Source: Candidatus Uhrbacteria bacterium (lineage in GTDB: Bacteria > Patescibacteriota > Patescibacteriia > UBA9934). Taken from it: DNA of 64,000 nucleotides. The notes under the pieces were generated by a model, which saw only the letters and a list, made by a program, of their open reading frames with translations, had not been told where the DNA came from and ran no database searches. Within the stretch, counting starts at the first letter, position 1, and each line of letters begins with the position of its first letter. Location of the stretch: contig CAWGHH010000005.1 in the NCBI GenBank assembly GCA_963822405.1, positions 39,439 through 103,438 of the forward strand. The letters run 5' to 3'. The position numbers and the translations under genes were made by a program. Below are positions 17,879-26,391 of the stretch, one piece after another.

Positions 17879-19003
17879 GTGAAAAACAAAGGATTCCACG
17901 CATTTTTCCAAGACCACTTCATTCCCCACCATGGGAATAAGCACACCCCACATGCCTTAGGCCACGGGGCGCTTTTAGCGTATAGCGTAGGGATGGTACT
18001 CCTGAAGTTTGGCGCTCTGTGTATAGCCATCGCTCTCCCCGCTGCCAGTCTGTACTCTTCAGCCATTACCCCGATTAACATCATTTCGCTGACTAACGCC
18101 TCAAGATCGAGCCTCGAACTTCCGGTACTGGCCGAGAATTCCCTCCTCGACGCTTCAGCTCAAGCCAAGGCCGAAGACATGCTCGCTAAGCAATACTTTG
18201 CCCATACCTCGCCAACTGGACTTACCCCGTGGTCATGGATCAAAGGCGGTGGATATTCATATAAATACGCCGGTGAAAACCTGGCTGTGTATTTCTCACA
18301 AGCTGAAGACGTAGAAGCTGGTTGGATGGCCTCGCCCACTCACCGGGCGAACATTGTCGATACTAAATTTACGGACATTGGCGTCGGCGTAGCTCAAGGC
18401 GAATACAACGGTTACCCGGCGGTCTTTGTAGTTCAACACTTTGGTAAGCTGGCTACTATGGCTGAACCCGCTCCCCCAGCCGCGGCGGTACTAAGTGAAC
18501 AAATAGAAATTGCCGCTAGTGAGCCGGCAGTGACGGTTATTCCGCAAAAAGATTCTTACGCGGTGGCTCTAAAAGCACCGGACGCTACAGCCGTGTCAGC
18601 TCATCTTGGGAATACCTCAATCGCGCTCACAAAAACTGGAGATAACACCTGGCAAGGCTCCGTGCCCGCAAAAACAAATGAACTGTCCCAAAATGGTGAG
18701 CAGCTAACACTTGTGGTATCAGATAAAAATGGTCAAAGCGTTGAATCCGCCGCCATCGTGGCCCCAACTGCCACCGCGCAAGACATGTACGCCTTTGAAA
18801 ATAAAACACCTCAAGCAAAGGTGTTTGGACTCTCACTAAATGGCTTGCAAGATAACGTAACGCAAATCTATCTCATCACCATCGCCGTTCTAGCCGCTCT
18901 GCTCTTTGTCACGCTTATGGCTAAGATGCACTGGAAACGCTTGCCACTCGCCGCTCACGTCTTTGCAGTAATCGGTATTGCCGTCTTGCTCATGGCGATT
19001 TAA
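17879..19003 (+). CDS. CAP/SCP (PR-1-like) domain protein with N- and C-terminal transmembrane segments
   Basis: YAGENLAVYFSQAEDVEAGWMASPTHRANIVDTKFTDIGVGVAQG matches the CAP (YkwD-like) signature. GTG start. C-terminal TM helix. Confidence 0.65.
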   Translation: MKNKGFHAFFQDHFIPHHGNKHTPHALGHGALLAYSVGMVLLKFGALCIAIALPAASLYSSAITPINIISLTNASRSSLELPVLAENSLLDASAQAKAEDMLAKQYFAHTSPTGLTPWSWIKGGGYSYKYAGENLAVYFSQAEDVEAGWMASPTHRANIVDTKFTDIGVGVAQGEYNGYPAVFVVQHFGKLATMAEPAPPAAAVLSEQIEIAASEPAVTVIPQKDSYAVALKAPDATAVSAHLGNTSIALTKTGDNTWQGSVPAKTNELSQNGEQLTLVVSDKNGQSVESAAIVAPTATAQDMYAFENKTPQAKVFGLSLNGLQDNVTQIYLITIAVLAALLFVTLMAKMHWKRLPLAAHVFAVIGIAVLLMAI

Positions 19004-19485
19004 CGCGCGTTCACAGCGTCACCAGTTTTAATACCGTTCGCATTCACAAACCCTGCAGGAAATTCAAACACAGTATCAGCAGAAACCGGCTTTGAGGAAA
19101 CTTGAACCGGTTTTTCATTTACTTTTGGCGCAGGGATATTTTCATCGAGTTTTACAATCGCCCCATCTTGCACCCACAAAAAATCTAACGCAAAAAGCAT
19201 TCGTCGCATTTCAAAAGTTCTCTGCTCGGCTGTAGGAAAAGTAAACATCATCCCGTCAGCCCCCAATTTTTCAATAGTCTTACCAGACAAACCTTGGTAT
19301 CTGCTAACCGGAGTATTAGCTACAAGCACAGTATGGCCTTTGCCATTAATTGTAACCGTTTTTGTGATTGGTCGAGCTGTCACTAATGAATACAACGCTA
19401 AACCAATCATCAAGCACACAAAAATACCGAGTAGATTCAAACTCATAGTTACTATTCCTGGTAGACCATCGTGATGTTCGGACAT
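19000..19485 (-). CDS. DUF192 (COG1430) domain protein
   Basis: TPVSRYQGLSG...GMMFTFPTAEQRTFEMRRMLFALDFLWVQDGAIV matches the DUF192 pattern (GLMxR...GMLF...FWMKNT..LDIIF). Confidence 0.6.
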   Translation of the reverse strand: MSEHHDGLPGIVTMSLNLLGIFVCLMIGLALYSLVTARPITKTVTINGKGHTVLVANTPVSRYQGLSGKTIEKLGADGMMFTFPTAEQRTFEMRRMLFALDFLWVQDGAIVKLDENIPAPKVNEKPVQVSSKPVSADTVFEFPAGFVNANGIKTGDAVNAR

Positions 19486-19505
19486 AAGCTGTAAAGTTAA
19501 GAGGG

Positions 19506-20540
19506 TTATGAAGGCCGTCTAGAAATTCGCGCGAGCGTTCGTGCTACGCCGAGGAATACTAGTGACAACAAGACAAGAATCAATAGTTTTTCAAGATGCG
19601 AAAAGAACAATGTCGTCAGGCCGAACAACAACGAGAACCCAGCGTACACCGCTACTACCTGTCGTTCCGACAATCCTGCATCGAACAGTAGATGGTGAAA
19701 ATGATAGCGGTCACCACTAGTGATCGATCGATGCTCTCGCAAGCGACGATACATCACCTGGACTACGTCGAGACATGGCACGCCGAGCACGAGGAGTAAC
19801 GTCACCATTTTACTACCGGCAATGATCGACAGCACACCAAGCGTAAATCCGAGGAACGTACTTCCGCCCTCGCCTAGAAATATTCGAGCGACAGGAAAGT
19901 TCCAAAGTAGAAAACCAATAAGTGCAGCGGCAAACATGAGAGCGAGGAGTGCAACGTCTGGCTGAAAGTATGCCGTCGATAACGCCAGAGCCGCAATCAC
20001 GAGTGAACCGATCGTTGCGACGCTTGTCGTTAGTCCGTCAACGCCGTCGAGCAGCTTAGTCGCGTAACTCATGACAACGAGCCAAACGAAAGTTATAGCA
20101 GCAGATACCGTCGACGACACAACAATCGCCTCGCCAACGGGATTAGTCAGCTTCGAGACTCCGATACCAGCAAGACTCGCAATCAACGCTGCAACAACCG
20201 GAAACCACACACTGTATTTCGGCGACAATCCGAGTTTATCGTCGAGCGCACCACCGATCATGAGCACGAGTCCAGCGACAAAGAATCCGAAGTACTGCCT
20301 AAGCTCTATCTGTCCGCTCGTCAGATGCGTCGACAACGCAAGCACAAGAAGCACCGGCACAAAGAAACCGACGAACACCGCGAGTCCGCCGAGCAATGGG
20401 GTCGACGCCGTGTGAATCTTTCGTCCCCCCGTTGGCTCGTCGACAATCCTAAATTTCTTTGCCAATAAAATAACGAGCGGAGTAAGACTCGCTGAAAGAA
20501 TAAATGCGAGAGCGATGGGGAGGGGGAACCAGGGAGGCAT
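19506..20540 (-). CDS. UDP-HexNAc:polyprenol-phosphate HexNAc-1-phosphate transferase (WecA/TagO/MraY family, GT4)
   Basis: KFRIVDEPTGGRKIHTASTPLLGGLAVFVGF plus about 10 TM segments; more WecA/TagO-like than MraY. Confidence 0.75.
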   Translation of the reverse strand: MPPWFPLPIALAFILSASLTPLVILLAKKFRIVDEPTGGRKIHTASTPLLGGLAVFVGFFVPVLLVLALSTHLTSGQIELRQYFGFFVAGLVLMIGGALDDKLGLSPKYSVWFPVVAALIASLAGIGVSKLTNPVGEAIVVSSTVSAAITFVWLVVMSYATKLLDGVDGLTTSVATIGSLVIAALALSTAYFQPDVALLALMFAAALIGFLLWNFPVARIFLGEGGSTFLGFTLGVLSIIAGSKMVTLLLVLGVPCLDVVQVMYRRLREHRSITSGDRYHFHHLLFDAGLSERQVVAVYAGFSLLFGLTTLFFSHLEKLLILVLLSLVFLGVARTLARISRRPS

Positions 20541-20555
20541 AGTCAGAATGTCAGT

Positions 20556-20642
20556 CCTTGCGAGACCAGACGTAATCGTCTGGGTCGAAGCAATCTCATT
20601 GAGGTTGCTTCGGGCTCCCGCAGACGGGACCCTCGCAATGAC
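20556..20642 (-). repeat. ~88-nt structured repeat, copy 2 (inverted; sense, 5' of the WecA-like gene)
   Basis: Reverse complement matches 14821-14908. The only differences are a 2-nt insertion in a hairpin loop and the 3' tail. Confidence 0.7.
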
Positions 20643-20655
20643 GAAGAGTAAGTCT

Positions 20656-23250
20656 CTACAACTTCTGTGCCTTCTTTACCTCAATTTTCCCGCCGGCGTC
20701 AAAAATAACGGTATCGCGCCTAGTAATATTACCTTTTAATAATTCGTCAGCTAGCTTATTCTCCAGTTTTTCCTCTATTGTCCGTCGTAATGGTCGCGCA
20801 CCGAATTTCGGGTCGAATCCCTGTTTACCAAGTTCGTGAATGGCCGCATCTGTTACCTCTAGCGTCATGCCCTTGGCCTCAATCTGCCTCTTTACTTTCT
20901 CGACTAGCAAATATGCAATAGCGGTCACGTCGGCTTCCGTCAACGGCGCAAACACAATCACATCATTAAACCGGTTCAGGAATTCTGGTCGGAAAAGTGA
21001 TCGCAATTCTGTCGCGAGCAATGACTCTTTTATGGTCGACAGCGCCGTACCCTTTGCTACCTCGTCTTGAATGTATTGTGTCCCCGCATTACTCGTCGCA
21101 ATCAGAATCACATTCGTGAAGTCAACAGTCTGGCCGAGCCCATCGGTTAGTCTGCCGTCGTCCATAACCTGAAGGAACAAATTCAAAATATCAGGACTTG
21201 CTTTTTCGAGCTCGTCGAGTAGTAACAACGAAAATGGATTTCTTCGAATCGCCTCAGTGAGCAATCCAGTCTGTCCGTTGCCGCCGATTAATCGAGTAAC
21301 TGACTCAGCTGCTTGGTACTCGCTCATATCAAAACGCACCATTGCGTTTTCGTTTCCAAAGAATAGTTCACTCGTCGCTTTAGCAAGTTCGGTTTTACCA
21401 ACACCAGTTGGCCCCAAGAACAAAAAGTTGGCGATTGGTTTCCCCGCGCTGCGCATCTCGGTGCGTGCTCGACGTAAAGCCGAAGCGACCGCTGATACTG
21501 CGTGTTCTTGACCGATCAATCGCTCGTGTAGCTTTTCCTCTAGGTTCAATAGCTTCTGCCCTTCCCCCTCGCCCACCTGACTAACTGGAATCTTTGTTTT
21601 CAACTCGACCATTGATGCTACGTCATCCTTAGTCACCCAAGTCAAAGTTTTATTCTGTTTGCCTACAGTCAAAGCAACTTCTTTTAAAAGCGAAATCGCG
21701 TTGTCCGGCAACACACTGTCATGCAAGTACCGCAACGAGAGATCAACCGCCGAGGCAATCGCTCCATAAGTGAAAATAACATGATTTTTCACCTCCATGA
21801 GCCCGACTTTTGACTCGACAATGCGAATAGCAAGGTCACGAGGAGGCTCCGCAATCTGAATACGTTCGAGCCTCTTCCCAATCACTGACCGCTCTATTTT
21901 CTCGGCGTAACCTTGAGGCGTCGTTGTTGCGATCACGAACGTATAACCCTTTTCGAGTTCGCCAGCGAGAATGCTCGAAAGATCAATCGACGAGCCAACG
22001 CCCACTAGTTCGTGAATATCTTCGATGACAAGCACGATGTTACCCGAGTGACCAACCTCATTAAGCGCATGCAAAAAACGTTCTTCTGCCCCACTTCCAC
22101 CATGTGCGCTTACAATGTGCGGAACGGACAATTTCAAAAGTCGCTTGTCTTCGAGGATCCCCGGAACACGCTCTTCGACCATCAGGTCAGCAATGCCCTC
22201 GATAATAGCTGACTTACCAACGCCAGAAGGACCGACAAGTACAACACTCGTTCCGCCGCCTTCTATAGCGCGAAAAATAGACTGAATCTCTTCGTCGCGT
22301 CCAACAAGCAACTCAGTGTATCCACGAGCAGACGCACGGGTAAGGTCTTCGCTCACCGAATCAAGAAACGGCGTAGCAATAGCCGTCATTGCGCGGTCCA
22401 TGTTGTTTTGTGGCTTGAAGGCAGCCGCTCGGCGAAATACCTTATAACGCTCCTGTTGCTCCTCAGAAATTCGCATCCAGTGCAGAGCATTTTCAAGTTC
22501 AGCTTGCGGAATTCCCTGCTCATCAAAAAGTTCTTTGAAAAATTCATCAGACTGATAAGCAGCGGCAAATATATCGAGACTTGTGAGGTGTCGTCGCCCG
22601 CCTTTTACGGCAATCACTCCAGCCAGAGCCAACACGTGTGCGCCCCGCTCGCCAATAACCGTGTCACCTTTTGGTTCAGTGGCTAGATGTCGACGCAACG
22701 GCTCGCGCACCGTATCAATCGTCAAACCAAGACGAGCAAATAGAATCTGGCCAGGCCGAGAACCAAGCGCACCGGCAAAAAGATGAGATGGCCCAACATC
22801 TGCATTTTCATCTTTCTTAGCTAGAAGATACGCATCTTCTACTGTCTTAATGGCTTCGTCGGTTGAATATACCGAAAGCTCATTGGCCTTCTCACTCACC
22901 GAATCCTCAAATTCAGCTGACGCATTCTTCGGAAACGCCAGTGGCTCCGGCGCAGAAATTCTTTTTTCGAAATACGCAAAGAGGAAGAGGATAAGACCCA
23001 AAGGCAGAAAAGCGAACATCGCCCGAGGCTCGCTCCATGTCTGTAGAGGCGTAGCTTGCCACGCCCCCACGAGCGCAGCGAATCCCAGAATTGAAAGCGT
23101 CCCCATTGCAAACGCCACCAGCGCAAACATTTTTCTAGCTTTCTTCAATCCCCTCTCATGGCCTATAGAAACTTCATCAATCTCCTTTCGCCAAACAAAA
23201 GTCTGATCACCCGCGCGAAGTCCCGGTAATGATTCTTGATTACGCGACAT
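20656..23250 (-). CDS. Clp/Hsp100 family double-AAA+ ATPase (ClpA/ClpC-like) with N-terminal membrane anchor
   Basis: Two Walker A sites (VLVGPSGVGKSAIIEG; LFLGPTGVGKTELAKA), a Clp N-domain, and the ClpAB signature RFDMSEYQ. Two predicted TM helices precede the Clp N-domain. Start probably internal MSRNQ (23250). Confidence 0.75.
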   Translation of the reverse strand: MSRNQESLPGLRAGDQTFVWRKEIDEVSIGHERGLKKARKMFALVAFAMGTLSILGFAALVGAWQATPLQTWSEPRAMFAFLPLGLILFLFAYFEKRISAPEPLAFPKNASAEFEDSVSEKANELSVYSTDEAIKTVEDAYLLAKKDENADVGPSHLFAGALGSRPGQILFARLGLTIDTVREPLRRHLATEPKGDTVIGERGAHVLALAGVIAVKGGRRHLTSLDIFAAAYQSDEFFKELFDEQGIPQAELENALHWMRISEEQQERYKVFRRAAAFKPQNNMDRAMTAIATPFLDSVSEDLTRASARGYTELLVGRDEEIQSIFRAIEGGGTSVVLVGPSGVGKSAIIEGIADLMVEERVPGILEDKRLLKLSVPHIVSAHGGSGAEERFLHALNEVGHSGNIVLVIEDIHELVGVGSSIDLSSILAGELEKGYTFVIATTTPQGYAEKIERSVIGKRLERIQIAEPPRDLAIRIVESKVGLMEVKNHVIFTYGAIASAVDLSLRYLHDSVLPDNAISLLKEVALTVGKQNKTLTWVTKDDVASMVELKTKIPVSQVGEGEGQKLLNLEEKLHERLIGQEHAVSAVASALRRARTEMRSAGKPIANFLFLGPTGVGKTELAKATSELFFGNENAMVRFDMSEYQAAESVTRLIGGNGQTGLLTEAIRRNPFSLLLLDELEKASPDILNLFLQVMDDGRLTDGLGQTVDFTNVILIATSNAGTQYIQDEVAKGTALSTIKESLLATELRSLFRPEFLNRFNDVIVFAPLTEADVTAIAYLLVEKVKRQIEAKGMTLEVTDAAIHELGKQGFDPKFGARPLRRTIEEKLENKLADELLKGNITRRDTVIFDAGGKIEVKKAQKL

Positions 23251-23662
23251 AAGTTGGAGATACGCCAGACATGAAAGCGTGATAAGCAAAAAGCAAAGCC
23301 AAAGCGATTGGTCCAAAGACGTACAAAGCGAATAATGCGAACGCGACAATCACCCAAAATAAAAGTGCAATCACCCGGCCAACAATCTGCACGCTCCGCA
23401 TGAACACACTAATCAACCGACTCTGCCAATCATACGCGCCGTACATCGGCACGAATATATTTTTCACCCAAACTCCAATCTGCAAAGACCTAGAAGCTCC
23501 AATAATCAAATCACTCGTGCCCGTCACTCTTTCGAGTAATCCCGTGGAATACCACCAAATTGGGAAATACAAAAAATCGAGGGTCAGGTCTCGCACAATA
23601 CGGAAACTGGCCTCAAGCGAAGGCATATGGGGAAAGTATAGCAGGAAAATGAAGAACCACAC
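23240..23662 (-). CDS. hypothetical membrane protein
   Basis: Hydrophobic 140-aa ORF. Start uncertain; it overlaps the 3' end of the island-2 ORF in another frame. Confidence 0.35.
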   Translation of the reverse strand: MWFFIFLLYFPHMPSLEASFRIVRDLTLDFLYFPIWWYSTGLLERVTGTSDLIIGASRSLQIGVWVKNIFVPMYGAYDWQSRLISVFMRSVQIVGRVIALLFWVIVAFALFALYVFGPIALALLFAYHAFMSGVSPTYVA

Positions 23663-24234
23663 CGCGAAGGCCAGTGTGGCTCTTCATGATGTGGTCGTTG
23701 TTCGGATCTTAACGTTTCAGGAGCTCGAGGGGCCGGCTCGGCCCCCGGCGTTGATTCGTTGGTCTCGACGAAGTGACAAGACACTGGGTCGTCGTACGAA
23801 AACGGTCGGAGATCGATTCCCGGACCATCGCCACCCGGAATAAAGACGAGGATCTGCGGTTGGCCGTTGATCACCATCGGATTCGCGGGCAACACCATGA
23901 TTACTTCATCACCACCGCGGCGATTCCGCTGTCCTTTCATGTTGATCAGGAACCAACGCAGTCCGATTTCGTAGGTCAGCGGAGAACCCTGCTGATACTC
24001 GAGCAGGTCTCGCATGGTTGCGTTCGTCCCGGGTTCGAGGCTGGAACGCCAGGTCTGGTAGAACCCGATGGAGCTCTTACCACAGACGACCTTCGCGGCA
24101 TCCTCATAGATCCTCGCACCGCCAGACCACATAACGTGGATCGCGGTCAGGATCTGTTCGGTGGTCACGCCGTCTCCGGTGGTCACCACGTACCGACTAT
24201 TCAGATCTGAATTCACGGAAAGGTTGGGTCGCAT
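23584..24234 (-). CDS. hypothetical protein in GC-rich island 2 (3' end uncertain)
   Basis: GC is about 58% from about 23690 to 24240. RBS GAGGAGcgacaATG. Preceded by a consensus promoter block shared with the DGR target gene. The C-terminal part of the listed ORF probably reads past the true stop. Confidence 0.5.
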   Translation of the reverse strand: MRPNLSVNSDLNSRYVVTTGDGVTTEQILTAIHVMWSGGARIYEDAAKVVCGKSSIGFYQTWRSSLEPGTNATMRDLLEYQQGSPLTYEIGLRWFLINMKGQRNRRGGDEVIMVLPANPMVINGQPQILVFIPGGDGPGIDLRPFSYDDPVSCHFVETNESTPGAEPAPRAPETLRSEQRPHHEEPHWPSRCGSSFSCYTFPICLRLRPVSVLCET

Positions 24235-24272
24235 TGTCGCTCCTCACAAAAGGTGATCGCAAATACCATGTA

Positions 24273-24328
24273 AATATAGCAAAAAAATGGCTTTTTGTCA
24301 AGCCATTTTCTGCTTATATTTGCGAATA
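24273..24328 (-). promoter_or_regulatory. conserved promoter block, copy 1 (TTGACA-17-TATATT with hairpin-forming spacer)
   Basis: Minus sense reads gcagaaaatggcTTGACAaaaagccatttttttgcTATATTtacatgg. About 55 nt are nearly identical to 38239-38294. Confidence 0.65.
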
Positions 24329-25489
24329 TTAGCCTCTTTCTATCAGCGCACGAATCTCCTCCATCATCCTAATATAAAACCTCAGGTTCTGGTACGTGGC
24401 TAGGCGAAGGCCAAGGATTTCTTGGTTCTTAAATAAATGTCGCAAGTAAAGTTTCGAGTAGGTTTGAGAAGTCGGCCAGTCATTGAATGGATCAATCGGT
24501 GATTCGTCAGTGATGAATTCTTCGTTCTCAATCGAAATTTTCTTATATAGAGCTTCGGCGATTCTAAAATCAGCCGCATCATCTTGGGCGCGGGCAAAGG
24601 CCTCCGCCACACACGTAGCTGGGTCGCCGGCCCAAACAAATAATCCGCCGTGACGCGCGTGCCTGGTCGGGATTACGCAGTCAAACATGTCCACGCCGTG
24701 GGCGACGTAGTACATGATTTCCTCTGGCATTCCCCCGCCCATGAAATAGCGTGGCTTGTCAGCTGGCATGTTTGACGCTAAACGCTTCACAATGCGGAAC
24801 GTGTCTTCGCGGTGCTCGCCAACAGACAAACCACCAATAGCATAGCCGTCAAAATTACTCTTCAAAAGTCCTGCCAGTGATCGCGCGCGCAAGTCTTCAT
24901 ATGTCCCGCCTTGAATGATTCCAAATAAAAGTCCGTGGCCGGAATGCGCCGCCTTTGACCTCTCGGCCCAACGCAACGATCGTTCCATTGCCTCTTCATA
25001 TCTTTCGCGCGTGGACAAACCAGCCGCCACATCATCAAACTGCATTCGAATGTCGGATCCGATCGCGGCCTGGATACGCATCGATTCTTCAGGAGTGAGT
25101 CTAACAGTGTGCCCGTCTAAGTGCGATTGGAATGTCACGCCGTCTTCGTCCGTCTTATTCAACTTCGCCAAAGAAAAAACCTGATAGCCACCGGAGTCCG
25201 TCAGAATCGGCCCCTCCCAACGCATAAACTTTCTCATCCCGCCAACTTTCTGCAGAATCTCAGTGCCTGGTCGAAGCAACAAATGATAAGTATTGCCGAG
25301 AATAATTTGCGCGCCCAAAGACTTCACCTCCTCCGAAGTCATCGCCTTTACGGCTCCTGTCGTCGCAATCGGCATAAACACCGGCGTCTTAACCACTCCG
25401 CTTGGCGTAGTCAATTCACCGGCACGAGCTAGACCTTTGGTCGACGAAACGTTAAACGCTGAGCTCATAGAGCGCAATGCTAGTGGCAA
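24329..25489 (-). CDS. tgt: queuine tRNA-ribosyltransferase (tRNA-guanine transglycosylase)
   Basis: TPVFMPIATTGAVK, LGNTYHLLLRPG, DSGGYQVFSL and a C-terminal zinc-binding region. Start may be internal MSSAFNV (25468). Confidence 0.85.
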   Translation of the reverse strand: MPLALRSMSSAFNVSSTKGLARAGELTTPSGVVKTPVFMPIATTGAVKAMTSEEVKSLGAQIILGNTYHLLLRPGTEILQKVGGMRKFMRWEGPILTDSGGYQVFSLAKLNKTDEDGVTFQSHLDGHTVRLTPEESMRIQAAIGSDIRMQFDDVAAGLSTRERYEEAMERSLRWAERSKAAHSGHGLLFGIIQGGTYEDLRARSLAGLLKSNFDGYAIGGLSVGEHREDTFRIVKRLASNMPADKPRYFMGGGMPEEIMYYVAHGVDMFDCVIPTRHARHGGLFVWAGDPATCVAEAFARAQDDAADFRIAEALYKKISIENEEFITDESPIDPFNDWPTSQTYSKLYLRHLFKNQEILGLRLATYQNLRFYIRMMEEIRALIERG

Positions 25490-26123
25490 TCGCCACGTTC
25501 AGGGACTCAAGTTCAACATTTTGTGGAATGTAGACGCTGGTCGCATTTTCAAGTTCGAGCGTAACTCCCCTGCCCTCGTTGCCAGCGACAATGATGAGTG
25601 GTTCTTTGGGAATCTCGCTGATCATTTTTGCATCGCCTCTCAGTTCGAGCTTGTAGATTGGTCGGCCAATGCTTGCGAGAATGTCTGGTGCGTCAGATTT
25701 TGCAATTTCAATCCACGGAGTCTTCAACATGGAGGCCGCACTCGCGCGAACAGATTTCGGATTTGTTGGATCAGCAGACTCGACAAGAATCAATCCTGCG
25801 TCGAACGCCAAACACACGCGCATAATTGTTCCAACGTTGCCTGGGTCTTGGACGTTATCGAGAACAACAATTAGCTTGCACTTCTTTACATTGTCGAGCG
25901 TGAACTGCGGAATCTTCGCTACGCCCGCAACGTTCTGCGGAGTTTCAGTTGAGATCAGCTCGCGGAAATTTGCCACGTCTTTGTCCGTAAAAGAGAACTC
26001 TAAGTATTTCTTTGCATCTTTCACAAACTTCGCCCCTTCAATCAAAAACATTCCGTGCTCACGGCGGGCTTTTTTGTTATCAACGAGCTCCTTAACCAAC
26101 TTCTGCTTAGCTTTGTCTAACAC
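25452..26123 (-). CDS. TrmH/SpoU family RNA 2'-O-methyltransferase (RlmB-like)
   Basis: N-terminal substrate-binding domain plus SpoU motifs LIVVLDNVQDPGNVGTIMRVCLAFDAG and LIIVAGNEGRGV. Confidence 0.75.
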   Translation of the reverse strand: MLDKAKQKLVKELVDNKKARREHGMFLIEGAKFVKDAKKYLEFSFTDKDVANFRELISTETPQNVAGVAKIPQFTLDNVKKCKLIVVLDNVQDPGNVGTIMRVCLAFDAGLILVESADPTNPKSVRASAASMLKTPWIEIAKSDAPDILASIGRPIYKLELRGDAKMISEIPKEPLIIVAGNEGRGVTLELENATSVYIPQNVELESLNVAIATSIALYELSV

Positions 26124-26126
26124 AAA

Positions 26127-26372
26127 TTAGGCTTTAACCTTATCTTCTAAATTCATAATTCGGTTTTCGTGATCATCTACTTTGCCAAGAACATGATCAT
26201 CAAGAATCTCTGCGGTCGATGTCAGAATCTCAGTCTTCATCTGATCAAGTTTTTTATCTGTCCTTGCCTCTGAAGCTCTAATTTCTTGCTGAACCAAATC
26301 AACAGTATCACGATGTTTATCGTCAATATGTTGGGTCAACTTTTCGTATAGTTCTTCAAAATCTTTGATCAT
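26127..26372 (-). CDS. small coiled-coil protein (~81 aa), hypothetical
   Basis: Internal Met MIKDFEELYEKLTQHIDDKHRDTVDLVQQEIRASEARTDKK... The upstream part of the listed ORF overlaps the preceding gene. Confidence 0.35.
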   Translation of the reverse strand: MIKDFEELYEKLTQHIDDKHRDTVDLVQQEIRASEARTDKKLDQMKTEILTSTAEILDDHVLGKVDDHENRIMNLEDKVKA

Positions 26373-26391
26373 AGATATTCTATCTTCTTCA

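Noticed and set aside
23584-23800. Possible second (remote) DGR VR at the 3' end of the island-2 gene
   Set aside because: Only a 9-nt tacgacgac match to the VR core. No extended TR homology and no IMH-like end.
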